Virus genome (UHGV): UHGV-0132371
Length of the DNA: 45,879 nucleotides
From: a virus
Direction: 5' to 3' (one strand)
Positions 27,898-36,360 of this stretch are shown here, piece by piece. The notes below the pieces were generated by a model. It searched no databases and was not told the origin of the DNA. It saw only the letters and a list, made by a program, of their open reading frames with translations. The stretch's first letter is position 1, and each line of letters starts with the position of its first letter. The position numbers and the translations under genes are program-made.

Positions 27898-28452
27898 ATG
27901 TCCATAAAAGGCCTTGAACAGGCCATAGAAAACCTTAACAGCATCAGCAAAACGGCTGTTCCGCGGGCATCGGCGCAGGCCGTTAACCGCGTGGCAAACC
28001 GGGCCGTCAGCCGCAGCGTGGCAGTCGTATCAAAAGATACGCGCGTACCGCGAAAACTGGTAAAGCAACGCGCCAGGGTGAAGCGTGCGACGGTCAATAG
28101 ACCTCGTGCACTTATCCGGGTAAACCGGGGAAATTTACCGGCCATTAAACTCGGTACCGCAAGCGTGCGACTTTCCCGCAGAAAACGGGACAAGAAAGGG
28201 GCCAACAGCGTTCTGCGCATAGGGCCATTTCGTTTTCCGGGCGGCTTTATCCAGCAACTTAAAAATGGTCGCTGGCATGTCATGAGGCGGACTTCAAAAC
28301 CTCGTTACCCCATTGAAGTGGTCAGCATCCCGCTGGCAGCTCCATTAACTACGGCATTTAAAGAAGAACTGCCGAAGCTCATGGAGTCAGATATGCCCAA
28401 AGAGCTCCGGGCATCCCTTACCAACCAACTCAGGTTAATTCTGACACGATGA
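27898..28452 (+). CDS. Z: Tail completion protein gpZ
   Basis: Close to lambda Z. Confidence 0.8.
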   Translation: MSIKGLEQAIENLNSISKTAVPRASAQAVNRVANRAVSRSVAVVSKDTRVPRKLVKQRARVKRATVNRPRALIRVNRGNLPAIKLGTASVRLSRRKRDKKGANSVLRIGPFRFPGGFIQQLKNGRWHVMRRTSKPRYPIEVVSIPLAAPLTTAFKEELPKLMESDMPKELRASLTNQLRLILTR

Positions 28453-28847
28453 AACACAGCGATATTCGCAAGGTGATTATTGACGCGCTGGAAAGCGCGA
28501 TTGGTACTGATGTCATTTATTTTGACGGCAGACCTGCAGTGCTCGAAGAGGGTGATTTTCCCGCTGTTGCCGTCTACCTGACAGATGCGGAATACACAGG
28601 GGAAGAACTGGACGCCGATAGCTGGCAGGCCATTCTGCATATCGAAGTCTTTCTTGAGGCTCAGGTACCTGATTCTGATCTGGATGACTGGATGGAGACG
28701 AGAGTGTATCCGGTTCTCGCAGAGGTTCCGGGTCTTGAATCCCTTATCACCACAATGGTTCAGCAGGGTTATGACTACCAGCGCGATGACGATATGGCGC
28801 TGTGGAGTTCTGCCGACCTGAAATATTCCATTACTTACGACATGTGA
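28449..28847 (+). CDS. U: Tail terminator gpU
   Basis: Close to lambda U. Confidence 0.85.
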   Translation: MKHSDIRKVIIDALESAIGTDVIYFDGRPAVLEEGDFPAVAVYLTDAEYTGEELDADSWQAILHIEVFLEAQVPDSDLDDWMETRVYPVLAEVPGLESLITTMVQQGYDYQRDDDMALWSSADLKYSITYDM

Positions 28848-28854
28848 GGACCCT

Positions 28855-29592
28855 ATGGCCACACCAAACCCGCTGGCACCAACAAAAGGTGCTGGTACCA
28901 CCCTATGGGTTTACACCGGAACCGGTGACCCCTATGCCAACCCGCTTTCAGACGTTGACTGGCTGCGCCTGGCAAAGATTAAAGACCTGCAGCCCGGTGA
29001 ACTGACGGCTGAATCTGAAGATGACACCTACATCGATGATGAAAATGCTGACTGGACATCAACGATGCAGGGGCAGAAATCAGCCGGTGAAACCAATCTG
29101 ACGCTCGCGTGGATGCCGGGAGATTCCGGTCAGCAGGACCTGGTGAACTGGTTCGATGAGGGCACCGTGAGGGGATATAAAATCAAATACCCAAATGGTG
29201 TTGTCGATGTGTTTAATGGCTGGGTGAGCAGCCTCGGTAAAACCATTACTTCCAAAGAGGTCATGACCCGCACGGCCAAAATCACAAACAACGGCAAACC
29301 GTCGCTGGCAGAGGACGGCGGTACCGCGCCGATTGCTGTCACGGGGATCAGTCTGGATAAATCTACTGCAGCTGTCGCGGTCGCAGCCACAACGCAACTG
29401 GTGGTTTATGTCCTGCCGGCCAGTGCGTCAGATAAATCCTTCCGCGTAGCCAGCTCTGATCCTTCAAAAGCAACGGTCACCGTTAACGGCAATACCCTGA
29501 CTGTCACCGGTGTGGCGGCGGGCACCGTCGAAATCATCGTCATGAGCAATGACGGTAACTTTGTGGCGATCTGCAAAGTCACTGTTTCCTGA
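28855..29592 (+). CDS. V: Major tail protein gpV
   Basis: Close to lambda V, including the C-terminal Ig-like region. Confidence 0.85.
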   Translation: MATPNPLAPTKGAGTTLWVYTGTGDPYANPLSDVDWLRLAKIKDLQPGELTAESEDDTYIDDENADWTSTMQGQKSAGETNLTLAWMPGDSGQQDLVNWFDEGTVRGYKIKYPNGVVDVFNGWVSSLGKTITSKEVMTRTAKITNNGKPSLAEDGGTAPIAVTGISLDKSTAAVAVAATTQLVVYVLPASASDKSFRVASSDPSKATVTVNGNTLTVTGVAAGTVEIIVMSNDGNFVAICKVTVS

Positions 29593-29628
29593 TAACCGGG
29601 GCGAAAGCCCCGTTCCCCCGGAGTAATT

Positions 29629-30051
29629 ATGTTTCTAAAGAGCGAGCTGCTTGAAAGTAACGGCAGCAGCGTCACATTGTTCCAGCTGTCGGCGCTGCAG
29701 CGTATTGAATACCTCGAATACCTGAAACAACTTGAGGCGGTTGAAGCTGGTGATTTTCAGGCTGCCATTACCCTTACCGTGAAGAGTGGAGCATATCTGG
29801 TGGCAATGTCACTCTGGCATGGCCACGCGCTTAAAGGATCGCAGGGAGAAAACGCGGCGGCGGAAGTGGAGCAGATTCAGGATGAGGTCATGCAGACATG
29901 GCCGACCGAACTTGTTGCCGAAGCCGAATATAAGGTGAAACTCCTGTCCGGGATGATTGCGCCGGTCACTGATGACCAGGCTGAGCCCGGTGAAGAACGT
30001 AATGAACCCGCTGAACCTGTTACTGCGGAAAAGCCCTCGCCAGTGAGCTGA
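29629..30051 (+). CDS. G: Tail assembly chaperone gpG
   Basis: Close to lambda G; ends just after a candidate -1 slippery site. Confidence 0.8.
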   Translation: MFLKSELLESNGSSVTLFQLSALQRIEYLEYLKQLEAVEAGDFQAAITLTVKSGAYLVAMSLWHGHALKGSQGENAAAEVEQIQDEVMQTWPTELVAEAEYKVKLLSGMIAPVTDDQAEPGEERNEPAEPVTAEKPSPVS

Positions 30052-30059
30052 AGTTTGCC

Positions 30060-30380
30060 ATGAAACTGGCGCGTGAGTTCGGTCGCCCGGACTGGCGTGC
30101 CATGCTTGCTGGCATGTCCTCAACGGAATACGGCGACTGGAAAATCTTCTACCAGGACAATTACTTTCATGATGCGCAGCTGGACGCACATTTCTCCGGC
30201 TTGCTCTACACCATCTCAACCCTGTTTTTTGCCGATCCGGAGTTAACCCCGGACAGTTTCAGCATTCTTTCCTCTGCACCGGAAGACATCGACATCGATG
30301 ATCCGGATGACGATACGCTGATGGCGAAGGCTGCAGGTATTTCAGGAGGCGTGCGCTATGGCCCAGACGGCAGTCGGTGA
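30060..30380 (+). CDS. T: Tail assembly protein gpT, probably made as a G-T fusion by -1 frameshift
   Basis: Resembles lambda T; its frame is open upstream from about 30015 and is the -1 frame relative to G. Confidence 0.7.
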   Translation: MKLAREFGRPDWRAMLAGMSSTEYGDWKIFYQDNYFHDAQLDAHFSGLLYTISTLFFADPELTPDSFSILSSAPEDIDIDDPDDDTLMAKAAGISGGVRYGPDGSR

Positions 30381-32874
30381 TCTGGTCGTTAACCTTGACG
30401 TTAACTCGACAAAATTCAACGAGCAGCTCAGCTACGTCAAAAAAGAATTAAAACAGACCGGCAATACGGCAAACGATGAAGCGTTACGTATCCAGCAGTC
30501 CTTCAGCCGCCAGGAGAACGCCGCGCGTAAGGCCGGTATTTCAGTGGGTCAGTATAACGCAGCGATGCGTATGCTCCCGGCGCAGTTTACTGACGTGGCC
30601 ACGCAGCTGGCGGGTGGGCAGAACCCCTGGCTGATTCTGCTTCAGCAGGGCGGTCAGGTTAAGGACTCCTTTGGCGGGATCATTCCGACATTCCGGGCGT
30701 TACTGGGGACGATTTCCCCGTTGATGGTCGGCATTGGTGCATTGTCCGTTGCAACGGGCGCGTTGTTCTATGCCTGGTACCATGGCTCTTCCACTCTGTC
30801 TGATTTCAACAAAACGCTGGTACTGTCGGGGAACACAGCCGGACTGACAGCTGACCGCATGCTGGCACTGGCGCGGAACGGACAGGCAGCGGGGCTAACG
30901 TTCAACCAGACCAGTGAAGCCCTGACCGAGCTTATCAATGCAGGTGTGCGTACTGGCTCGCGCTTTGATGAAATGAGCCAGGCGGTGGCGCGGTTTACTG
31001 ATGCCTCCGGCGTGCCGGTGGAGAAAGTCGCTGCAGCCTACGGCAAGCTCGCAACTGACCCGACATCGGGCCTGATCGCGATGGCCCAGCAGTTCCATAA
31101 CGTTACCGCAGAACAGATTGCCCATGTGGCGCAGCTGCAGCGTGCCGGTGATGAGGCTGGCGCACTGCAGGCGGCTAACGAGGCGGCTACAGCCGGATTC
31201 AACGATCAGACCAAAGCCATCCGCGACAATATGGGGACGATAGAGTCTTCAGCGGACTCCCTGAAGCGCGCCTTCAAGTCGATGTGGGATGCAGCCCTCG
31301 ATATTGGCCGACCTGACACCGCGCAGGAGATGGTGGCAAAAGCCGAAGCCGCGTTCAAAAAAGCTGATGAAATCTGGAACCTGCGTAAAGGTGACCGATA
31401 TGTCAATGATGAGGCTCGCGCCCGATTCTGGAATGACCGCGAAACGGCCAGGCTTGCGCTGGATATGGCGCAGCAGCAGGCGGGAATTGCCAGGGCGAAC
31501 GAAGAGAATGTATCGCGCGAAGCGGCTGCGGAATCGGATCGCCAGAAGTATGCTGCGCAGGCACAGGCAAACTATGCCAAAACGCAGACGGCACTGGAGA
31601 AATACACGGCCAGGCAGAGCGAGCTCAACAAGGCGCTGAAAGAGGGGCGGATCCTCCAGGCTGACTACAACATCAACCTGGCTGCCGCGAAAAAAGAGTA
31701 CGAAGACACCCTTAAAAAGCCGAAGAAGACCCCGGCAATCAGAACCCCCGCAGGTGCCCGTGCCACCGATACGGCCAGTGCCCAGACGCTGGAGCTACAG
31801 ACACAGCTGCGCACCCTGCAGGAGCATAAGAGCATCAATGACACCATCAGCCAGCAGCGTCAGGAGCTGTGGCGTCAGCAGTCCCGCTTTACGGTTCTGG
31901 AAGAGGCCGCGAAGACCCGAACGCTTTCTGCTGAGGAAAAATCCCTGCTGGCCAGTAAAAGTGAGGTGCTTTCCCGTGCGGAGCTGAATGCGAAGCTCGG
32001 CGATCAGATAGTGGCGCAGGAGCGGCTTAATCGCCTGCAGGATACGTCCCAAAAATACGTCACGCAGATCGGCGAGAAAACCCGAGCCCTTGCGGAAAGT
32101 GCTGGTATGAGCAGTCGTGCAGCACAACGTCGCAATGAAGAGGCCCAGCTTCTTCAGGGCTGGAAAAATGGTGGTGGTTCGAAGAACGATGCTGGTTATC
32201 AGAATGAGCTGCAGGCGCTGCAGGCGTATTACGCCGAGCAGAATAAGCTGCGGGACGACTGGCAGTCCGGAGCCAAATCCGCATGGGCAGATTATGTTGA
32301 TTCTGCTTCAGATGCTTTTGGCCAGATGAAGTCGGCTGCCACCAGTGCGTTTGATGGCATCGGGCAAAATATGGCTGACATGCTGACGCGCGGAAAGGCT
32401 GACTGGGCTGACTTCACCCGCTCCACGCTCTCCATGCTGACACAGATCCTGCTGAAACAGGCGATGGTAGGCCTGGTGGATTCAGCGACAACCGCGCTGG
32501 GATTTGCAGGTGGCGGTTATACCGGTTCAGGCGGGAAATATGAACCTGCAGGTGTCGTTCACCGTGGTGAATTTGTTTTCACCAAAGAGGCTACCAGCCG
32601 GATCGGCGTCGGCAATCTTTACCGGATGATGAAAGGGTATGCCACGGGTGGGTATGTCGGGGGCGGTGGTACAGGCCCGGCTGCAGCACCTTTCGGTGTC
32701 AGTGTATATGCCCCGGTGACGGTCGAGAATGCTTCCGGTAACGCACAGCAGCAAAACGACGGAGACAGGCTGGGTAAGGCGTATCAGCAGGTGATTAACA
32801 AATCTGTCAACGATGGTATCGCCAGGGCAATCCAGCCCGGTGGGCTTATCTGGAATGCGACCAATCGCAGGTAA
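30358..32874 (+). CDS. H: Tail tape measure protein gpH
   Basis: 838 aa, similar to lambda H across its length. Confidence 0.9.
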   Translation: MAQTAVGDLVVNLDVNSTKFNEQLSYVKKELKQTGNTANDEALRIQQSFSRQENAARKAGISVGQYNAAMRMLPAQFTDVATQLAGGQNPWLILLQQGGQVKDSFGGIIPTFRALLGTISPLMVGIGALSVATGALFYAWYHGSSTLSDFNKTLVLSGNTAGLTADRMLALARNGQAAGLTFNQTSEALTELINAGVRTGSRFDEMSQAVARFTDASGVPVEKVAAAYGKLATDPTSGLIAMAQQFHNVTAEQIAHVAQLQRAGDEAGALQAANEAATAGFNDQTKAIRDNMGTIESSADSLKRAFKSMWDAALDIGRPDTAQEMVAKAEAAFKKADEIWNLRKGDRYVNDEARARFWNDRETARLALDMAQQQAGIARANEENVSREAAAESDRQKYAAQAQANYAKTQTALEKYTARQSELNKALKEGRILQADYNINLAAAKKEYEDTLKKPKKTPAIRTPAGARATDTASAQTLELQTQLRTLQEHKSINDTISQQRQELWRQQSRFTVLEEAAKTRTLSAEEKSLLASKSEVLSRAELNAKLGDQIVAQERLNRLQDTSQKYVTQIGEKTRALAESAGMSSRAAQRRNEEAQLLQGWKNGGGSKNDAGYQNELQALQAYYAEQNKLRDDWQSGAKSAWADYVDSASDAFGQMKSAATSAFDGIGQNMADMLTRGKADWADFTRSTLSMLTQILLKQAMVGLVDSATTALGFAGGGYTGSGGKYEPAGVVHRGEFVFTKEATSRIGVGNLYRMMKGYATGGYVGGGGTGPAAAPFGVSVYAPVTVENASGNAQQQNDGDRLGKAYQQVINKSVNDGIARAIQPGGLIWNATNRR

Positions 32875-32879
32875 CAGTT

Positions 32880-33227
32880 ATGACGATAGAAACATTCCCC
32901 TGGGGCATTAAGGTTTCCAGCCAGCCCACCGAGGGAAGCAAAGACACAGTCAGGAAGGTCCAGTTCGGCGACGGGTACGCACAGGTGAGCGGCTCCGGCC
33001 TGAATGATGAGATTCGTACCTATGAATATTCCTTTTCAGGGGATCCGACTACAGCGAATGAAATTCACGCTTTCCTTCGGCGGCATAAAGTGAAGTCGTT
33101 TATTTTCACACCGCCTTTCGGCGATACCGCGCTGTGGCGTGTCGAGGCTGACACGCTCAAAAAGGTGGTTAAAAACGTAAAAGTGATAACCGTAACCGCA
33201 ACGTTTGAACAGGCATTTGCACCATGA
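32880..33227 (+). CDS. M: Minor tail protein gpM
   Basis: Lambda M-like in size, position and motifs. Confidence 0.8.
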   Translation: MTIETFPWGIKVSSQPTEGSKDTVRKVQFGDGYAQVSGSGLNDEIRTYEYSFSGDPTTANEIHAFLRRHKVKSFIFTPPFGDTALWRVEADTLKKVVKNVKVITVTATFEQAFAP

Positions 33228-33979
33228 GTCTTAATGCTGATTATCAAAAACTCGAGCCGGGCAATGAAGTCCGGCTTTTTTCTGTCGATGGCACAGCGTT
33301 CGGTATGTCAGATGTACTCCGCTTCCACGCACATAACATCGCGCATACCCCGGAAGAGATTGAGGCTGCTGGCGGTGATGAAAATAAACTGCCAGCAAAA
33401 TCTATCTGGTGGCAGGGTGAGGAGTATAAAGCGTGGCCATGCCAGATTGATGGGATCGAAGCTTCAACCTCGGGAAGTAGTGCCCAGCCAAAACTTTCGG
33501 TTGCTAACCTCGACAGTTCGATCACCGCGCTTTGCCTGGCTTACGACGATATGCTGCAGGCGAAGGTGACGATACATGACACCCTTGGTAAGTATCTTGA
33601 TGCGAGAAACTTCACCGGAGGCAATCCGACAGCCGATCCGACCCAGGAGAAGCTGAAGGTTTTCTACATCGATGCAAAGAGCAGTGAAACCAATGAAGTT
33701 GTTGAGTTCACACTATCCAGCCCGATGGACCTGCAGGGGCAAATGATCCCGACGCGACAGCTTCATTCCCTGTGTACCTGGTGCATCCGGAATAAATATC
33801 GTACCGGCGACGGCTGCGACTATGCCGGCACCCGCTATTTCGATAAAAACAACAACCCGGTAAGCGATCCGTCGCTGGATGAATGCAACGGAACGCTGAC
33901 GGCCTGCAAACTTCGGTTCGGTGAAAACAACGAACTCTCGTTTGGTGGGTTCCCGGGTACGTCGCTGATCAGGAGTTGA
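33224..33979 (+). CDS. L: Minor tail protein gpL
   Basis: Lambda L-like, including the C-terminal cysteine cluster. Confidence 0.8.
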   Translation: MSLNADYQKLEPGNEVRLFSVDGTAFGMSDVLRFHAHNIAHTPEEIEAAGGDENKLPAKSIWWQGEEYKAWPCQIDGIEASTSGSSAQPKLSVANLDSSITALCLAYDDMLQAKVTIHDTLGKYLDARNFTGGNPTADPTQEKLKVFYIDAKSSETNEVVEFTLSSPMDLQGQMIPTRQLHSLCTWCIRNKYRTGDGCDYAGTRYFDKNNNPVSDPSLDECNGTLTACKLRFGENNELSFGGFPGTSLIRS

Positions 33980-33980
33980 T

Positions 33981-34691
33981 ATGCGTCAGAAAACCATCGA
34001 TGCGATTATGGCGCATGCTGCAGCTGAATATCCTCGTGAGTGTTGCGGCGTGGTGGCGCAAAAGAGCCGGGTAGAGAAATATTTTCCATGTAGTAACCTC
34101 GCTACCGAGCCGACAGAACATTTTCACCTGTCGCCAGAAGACTATGCAGCTGCTGAGGACTGGGGTACGGTGATCGCCATCGTTCACAGTCACCCTGACG
34201 CCACTACGCAGCCGAGCGAACTGGATAAAGCGCAATGCGACGCAATGCTTTTACCCTGGCATATTGTGAGCTGGCCGGAGGGGGATTTACGCACCATCCA
34301 GCCGCGCGGGGAACTGCCGCTGCTGGAGCGCCCGTTCGTGCTTGGCCACTTCGATTGCTGGGGGCTGGTAATGAGCTATTTCCGGCAGACCCACGGCATC
34401 GAACTCCATGATTACCGCGTCGATTATCCCTGGTGGGAGAACAGCTATCCGGACAACTTCTATCAGGACTGCTGGTACGAGTGCGGATTCAGGGAGTTTG
34501 ACGGCCCGCCTCAGGAAGGTGATCTGGTCATCATGCAGGTGCAGGCCGATAAGTGGAATCATGCCGGGATATTGCTGGAGGGTAACATGCTGCTGCACCA
34601 TCTTTACGGGCATCTGAGTCAGCGTGTGCCCTATGGCGGATACTGGCAGGAAAGAACTATGAAGGTTCTTCGCCATAAATCTCTGTGCTAA
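33981..34691 (+). CDS. K: Tail assembly protein gpK (JAB/MPN plus NlpC/P60-like)
   Basis: Lambda K-like N-terminus (MRQ.TID.I.AHA..E.P.ECCG...HSHP). Confidence 0.8.
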   Translation: MRQKTIDAIMAHAAAEYPRECCGVVAQKSRVEKYFPCSNLATEPTEHFHLSPEDYAAAEDWGTVIAIVHSHPDATTQPSELDKAQCDAMLLPWHIVSWPEGDLRTIQPRGELPLLERPFVLGHFDCWGLVMSYFRQTHGIELHDYRVDYPWWENSYPDNFYQDCWYECGFREFDGPPQEGDLVIMQVQADKWNHAGILLEGNMLLHHLYGHLSQRVPYGGYWQERTMKVLRHKSLC

Positions 34692-34723
34692 TCTCTCATA
34701 AACATGAATGAGAGGATAAAGCA

Positions 34724-35239
34724 ATGAAATATTTAATTTTAATACTTGGTGTTTTATTTTTGAATGGTTGTATTCCAAGGGGGATGGTTGACGGTGAAAA
34801 ATACACAACTGAATACCGAGCAAGAGAAAAGTGTGCATTAGATTTTGAGGTGAGAAATAAATTTCATCAATTTGCTTCTGCCTCTAATTTTAAAGTGGTT
34901 AGGGTTGAGGGTGGTAATTATAAATGTATACAGGTTTTCGGCGATGAGTTAAAAAGGCAACAGATGGACTCAAATGATGAATATGAGGCCGACAGAAGTG
35001 GATTAACACTTAGCCAATATAGAGATAAAAAAGAAAGTGATTATGAATCATTGAAGAAAGCATACATCAACTACTATCAGGATAAAGAAAGAGTTTACGA
35101 AGAATATCGTAAAGACGGGAAACTACACACTGATATTTCTTCAGGTCCAGATGGTGTCATTAGAGCAACGTCAATACAGGGGAATGCTCGTTGCGATACT
35201 GTTATAGGGAATACTGGAGGAACATCATCATGTGAATAA
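34724..35239 (+). CDS. Lipoprotein cargo gene (moron) inserted between tail genes K and I
   Basis: Signal peptide with lipobox LNGC; highly charged mature domain; markedly AT-rich; no lambda counterpart at this position. Confidence 0.6.
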   Translation: MKYLILILGVLFLNGCIPRGMVDGEKYTTEYRAREKCALDFEVRNKFHQFASASNFKVVRVEGGNYKCIQVFGDELKRQQMDSNDEYEADRSGLTLSQYRDKKESDYESLKKAYINYYQDKERVYEEYRKDGKLHTDISSGPDGVIRATSIQGNARCDTVIGNTGGTSSCE

Positions 35240-35268
35240 TTGATTAATTCTATGAGAGTGATAAGAGT

Positions 35269-35859
35269 ATGGCCGAAAGAATGACCCGTATTGAGCTTGG
35301 TGGCGTGCTTGGGAAAACATTCGGTAAAGTTCACCACCGCCTGATTTCCCGTGTGAACGAGGCGAGTGTTGCGCTGGCAAAGACGGTTCCGGGATTTGAG
35401 CAGTTTATGATCTCCAGCCAGCGCCGTGGGCTCACTTATTCCGTATTCAAAGGGAAAAAGAATATTGGTGTTGATGACCTTGGCTTCCCGGTCACCGGCG
35501 ATGTTATCCGCATTGTCCCGGTCATTATCGGGAGTAAAAAAGCGGGTGTACTACAGACTATTTTAGGTGCGGTTCTGGTTGCTGTCGGTGTGGTTCTTAA
35601 TTTCACGCCCTGGGCTGCGGCTTCACCATTCTTCTACAAACTTGGTGCCGCAGTCATGCTGGGCGGCGTTGTCCAGATGCTTTCCCCTCAACCAGCAGGT
35701 CTGGCCAGCAAACAAAGCTCTGATAACCGCGCCTCCTACGCGTTTGGCGGGGTCACAAACACCGCTGCGCAGGGCTACCCGGTACCACTTCTTTATGGTC
35801 GCCGGCGAATCGGCGGTGCGATTATTTCTGCCGGGATATATGTCGAAGATCAGCAGTAA
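35269..35859 (+). CDS. I: Tail assembly protein gpI
   Basis: Lambda I-like. Confidence 0.8.
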   Translation: MAERMTRIELGGVLGKTFGKVHHRLISRVNEASVALAKTVPGFEQFMISSQRRGLTYSVFKGKKNIGVDDLGFPVTGDVIRIVPVIIGSKKAGVLQTILGAVLVAVGVVLNFTPWAAASPFFYKLGAAVMLGGVVQMLSPQPAGLASKQSSDNRASYAFGGVTNTAAQGYPVPLLYGRRRIGGAIISAGIYVEDQQ

Positions 35860-35879
35860 GCTAAGTTAAGGAGATGTGT

Positions 35880-36029
35880 ATGTCTTTTGAGTCACGAGTA
35901 GAAAAAACTGAAAATGAAACATCTGAAGTTAATGAAACGGTCCCGCATGAGACCGTAGAGTACGATGCTTCAATGACATTAGGCGTCAATAAGCTTCATA
36001 TTTTTGACGATGTCTTGAATTTGTGGTGA
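35880..36029 (+). CDS. Small acidic hypothetical protein (49 aa)
   Basis: Strong AAGGAGA RBS; AT-rich; 3' end overlaps the convergent minus-strand ORF by 51 nt. Not in the ORF track. Confidence 0.3.
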   Translation: MSFESRVEKTENETSEVNETVPHETVEYDASMTLGVNKLHIFDDVLNLW

Positions 36030-36194
36030 GTTTGTCTTTGATAGGATTTCAATAACTTGTTGCCTTGTATCTACTGGCAATGCTGCTGTTAATACCATTG
36101 TAACTTGTCTTAGAGCCACAATTTCTAAAGCGATTTCTCTAGGAATATTTTCGTCAAGAGTAAATCTAAAATCCACGAACTTTTCTTCGATCAT
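35979..36194 (-). CDS. Small hypothetical protein (71 aa), opposite strand inside the tail gene cluster
   Basis: AT-rich ORF with GGAG RBS; convergent with the 49 aa ORF. Confidence 0.4.
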   Translation of the reverse strand: MIEEKFVDFRFTLDENIPREIALEIVALRQVTMVLTAALPVDTRQQVIEILSKTNSPQIQDIVKNMKLIDA

Positions 36195-36325
36195 CTTATT
36201 ACTCCATTTTAACCGGGTACTTCAGCCATCCCTCGGTCAGTTAACGCCAGAGGCCTACCACTGGCGGGCTGAGCTTACACATTAACCAGGGATTCCTGTT
36301 ACCAACAGCCTGATATTTAAACAGT

Positions 36326-36349
36326 AGCCGCCTTCGGGTGGCTTTTTTT
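36326..36349 (+). terminator. Strong rho-independent terminator immediately upstream of J
   Basis: AGCCGCC-TTCG-GGTGGCT hairpin (TTCG tetraloop) followed by TTTTTTT, 12 nt before the J start. Confidence 0.55.
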
Positions 36350-36360
36350 ATGGACGCGAT

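Noticed and set aside
30895-32754. Multiple short ORFs on both strands inside the tape measure gene
   Set aside because: Embedded in a well-supported 838 aa lambda H-like gene; GC-rich shadow frames.
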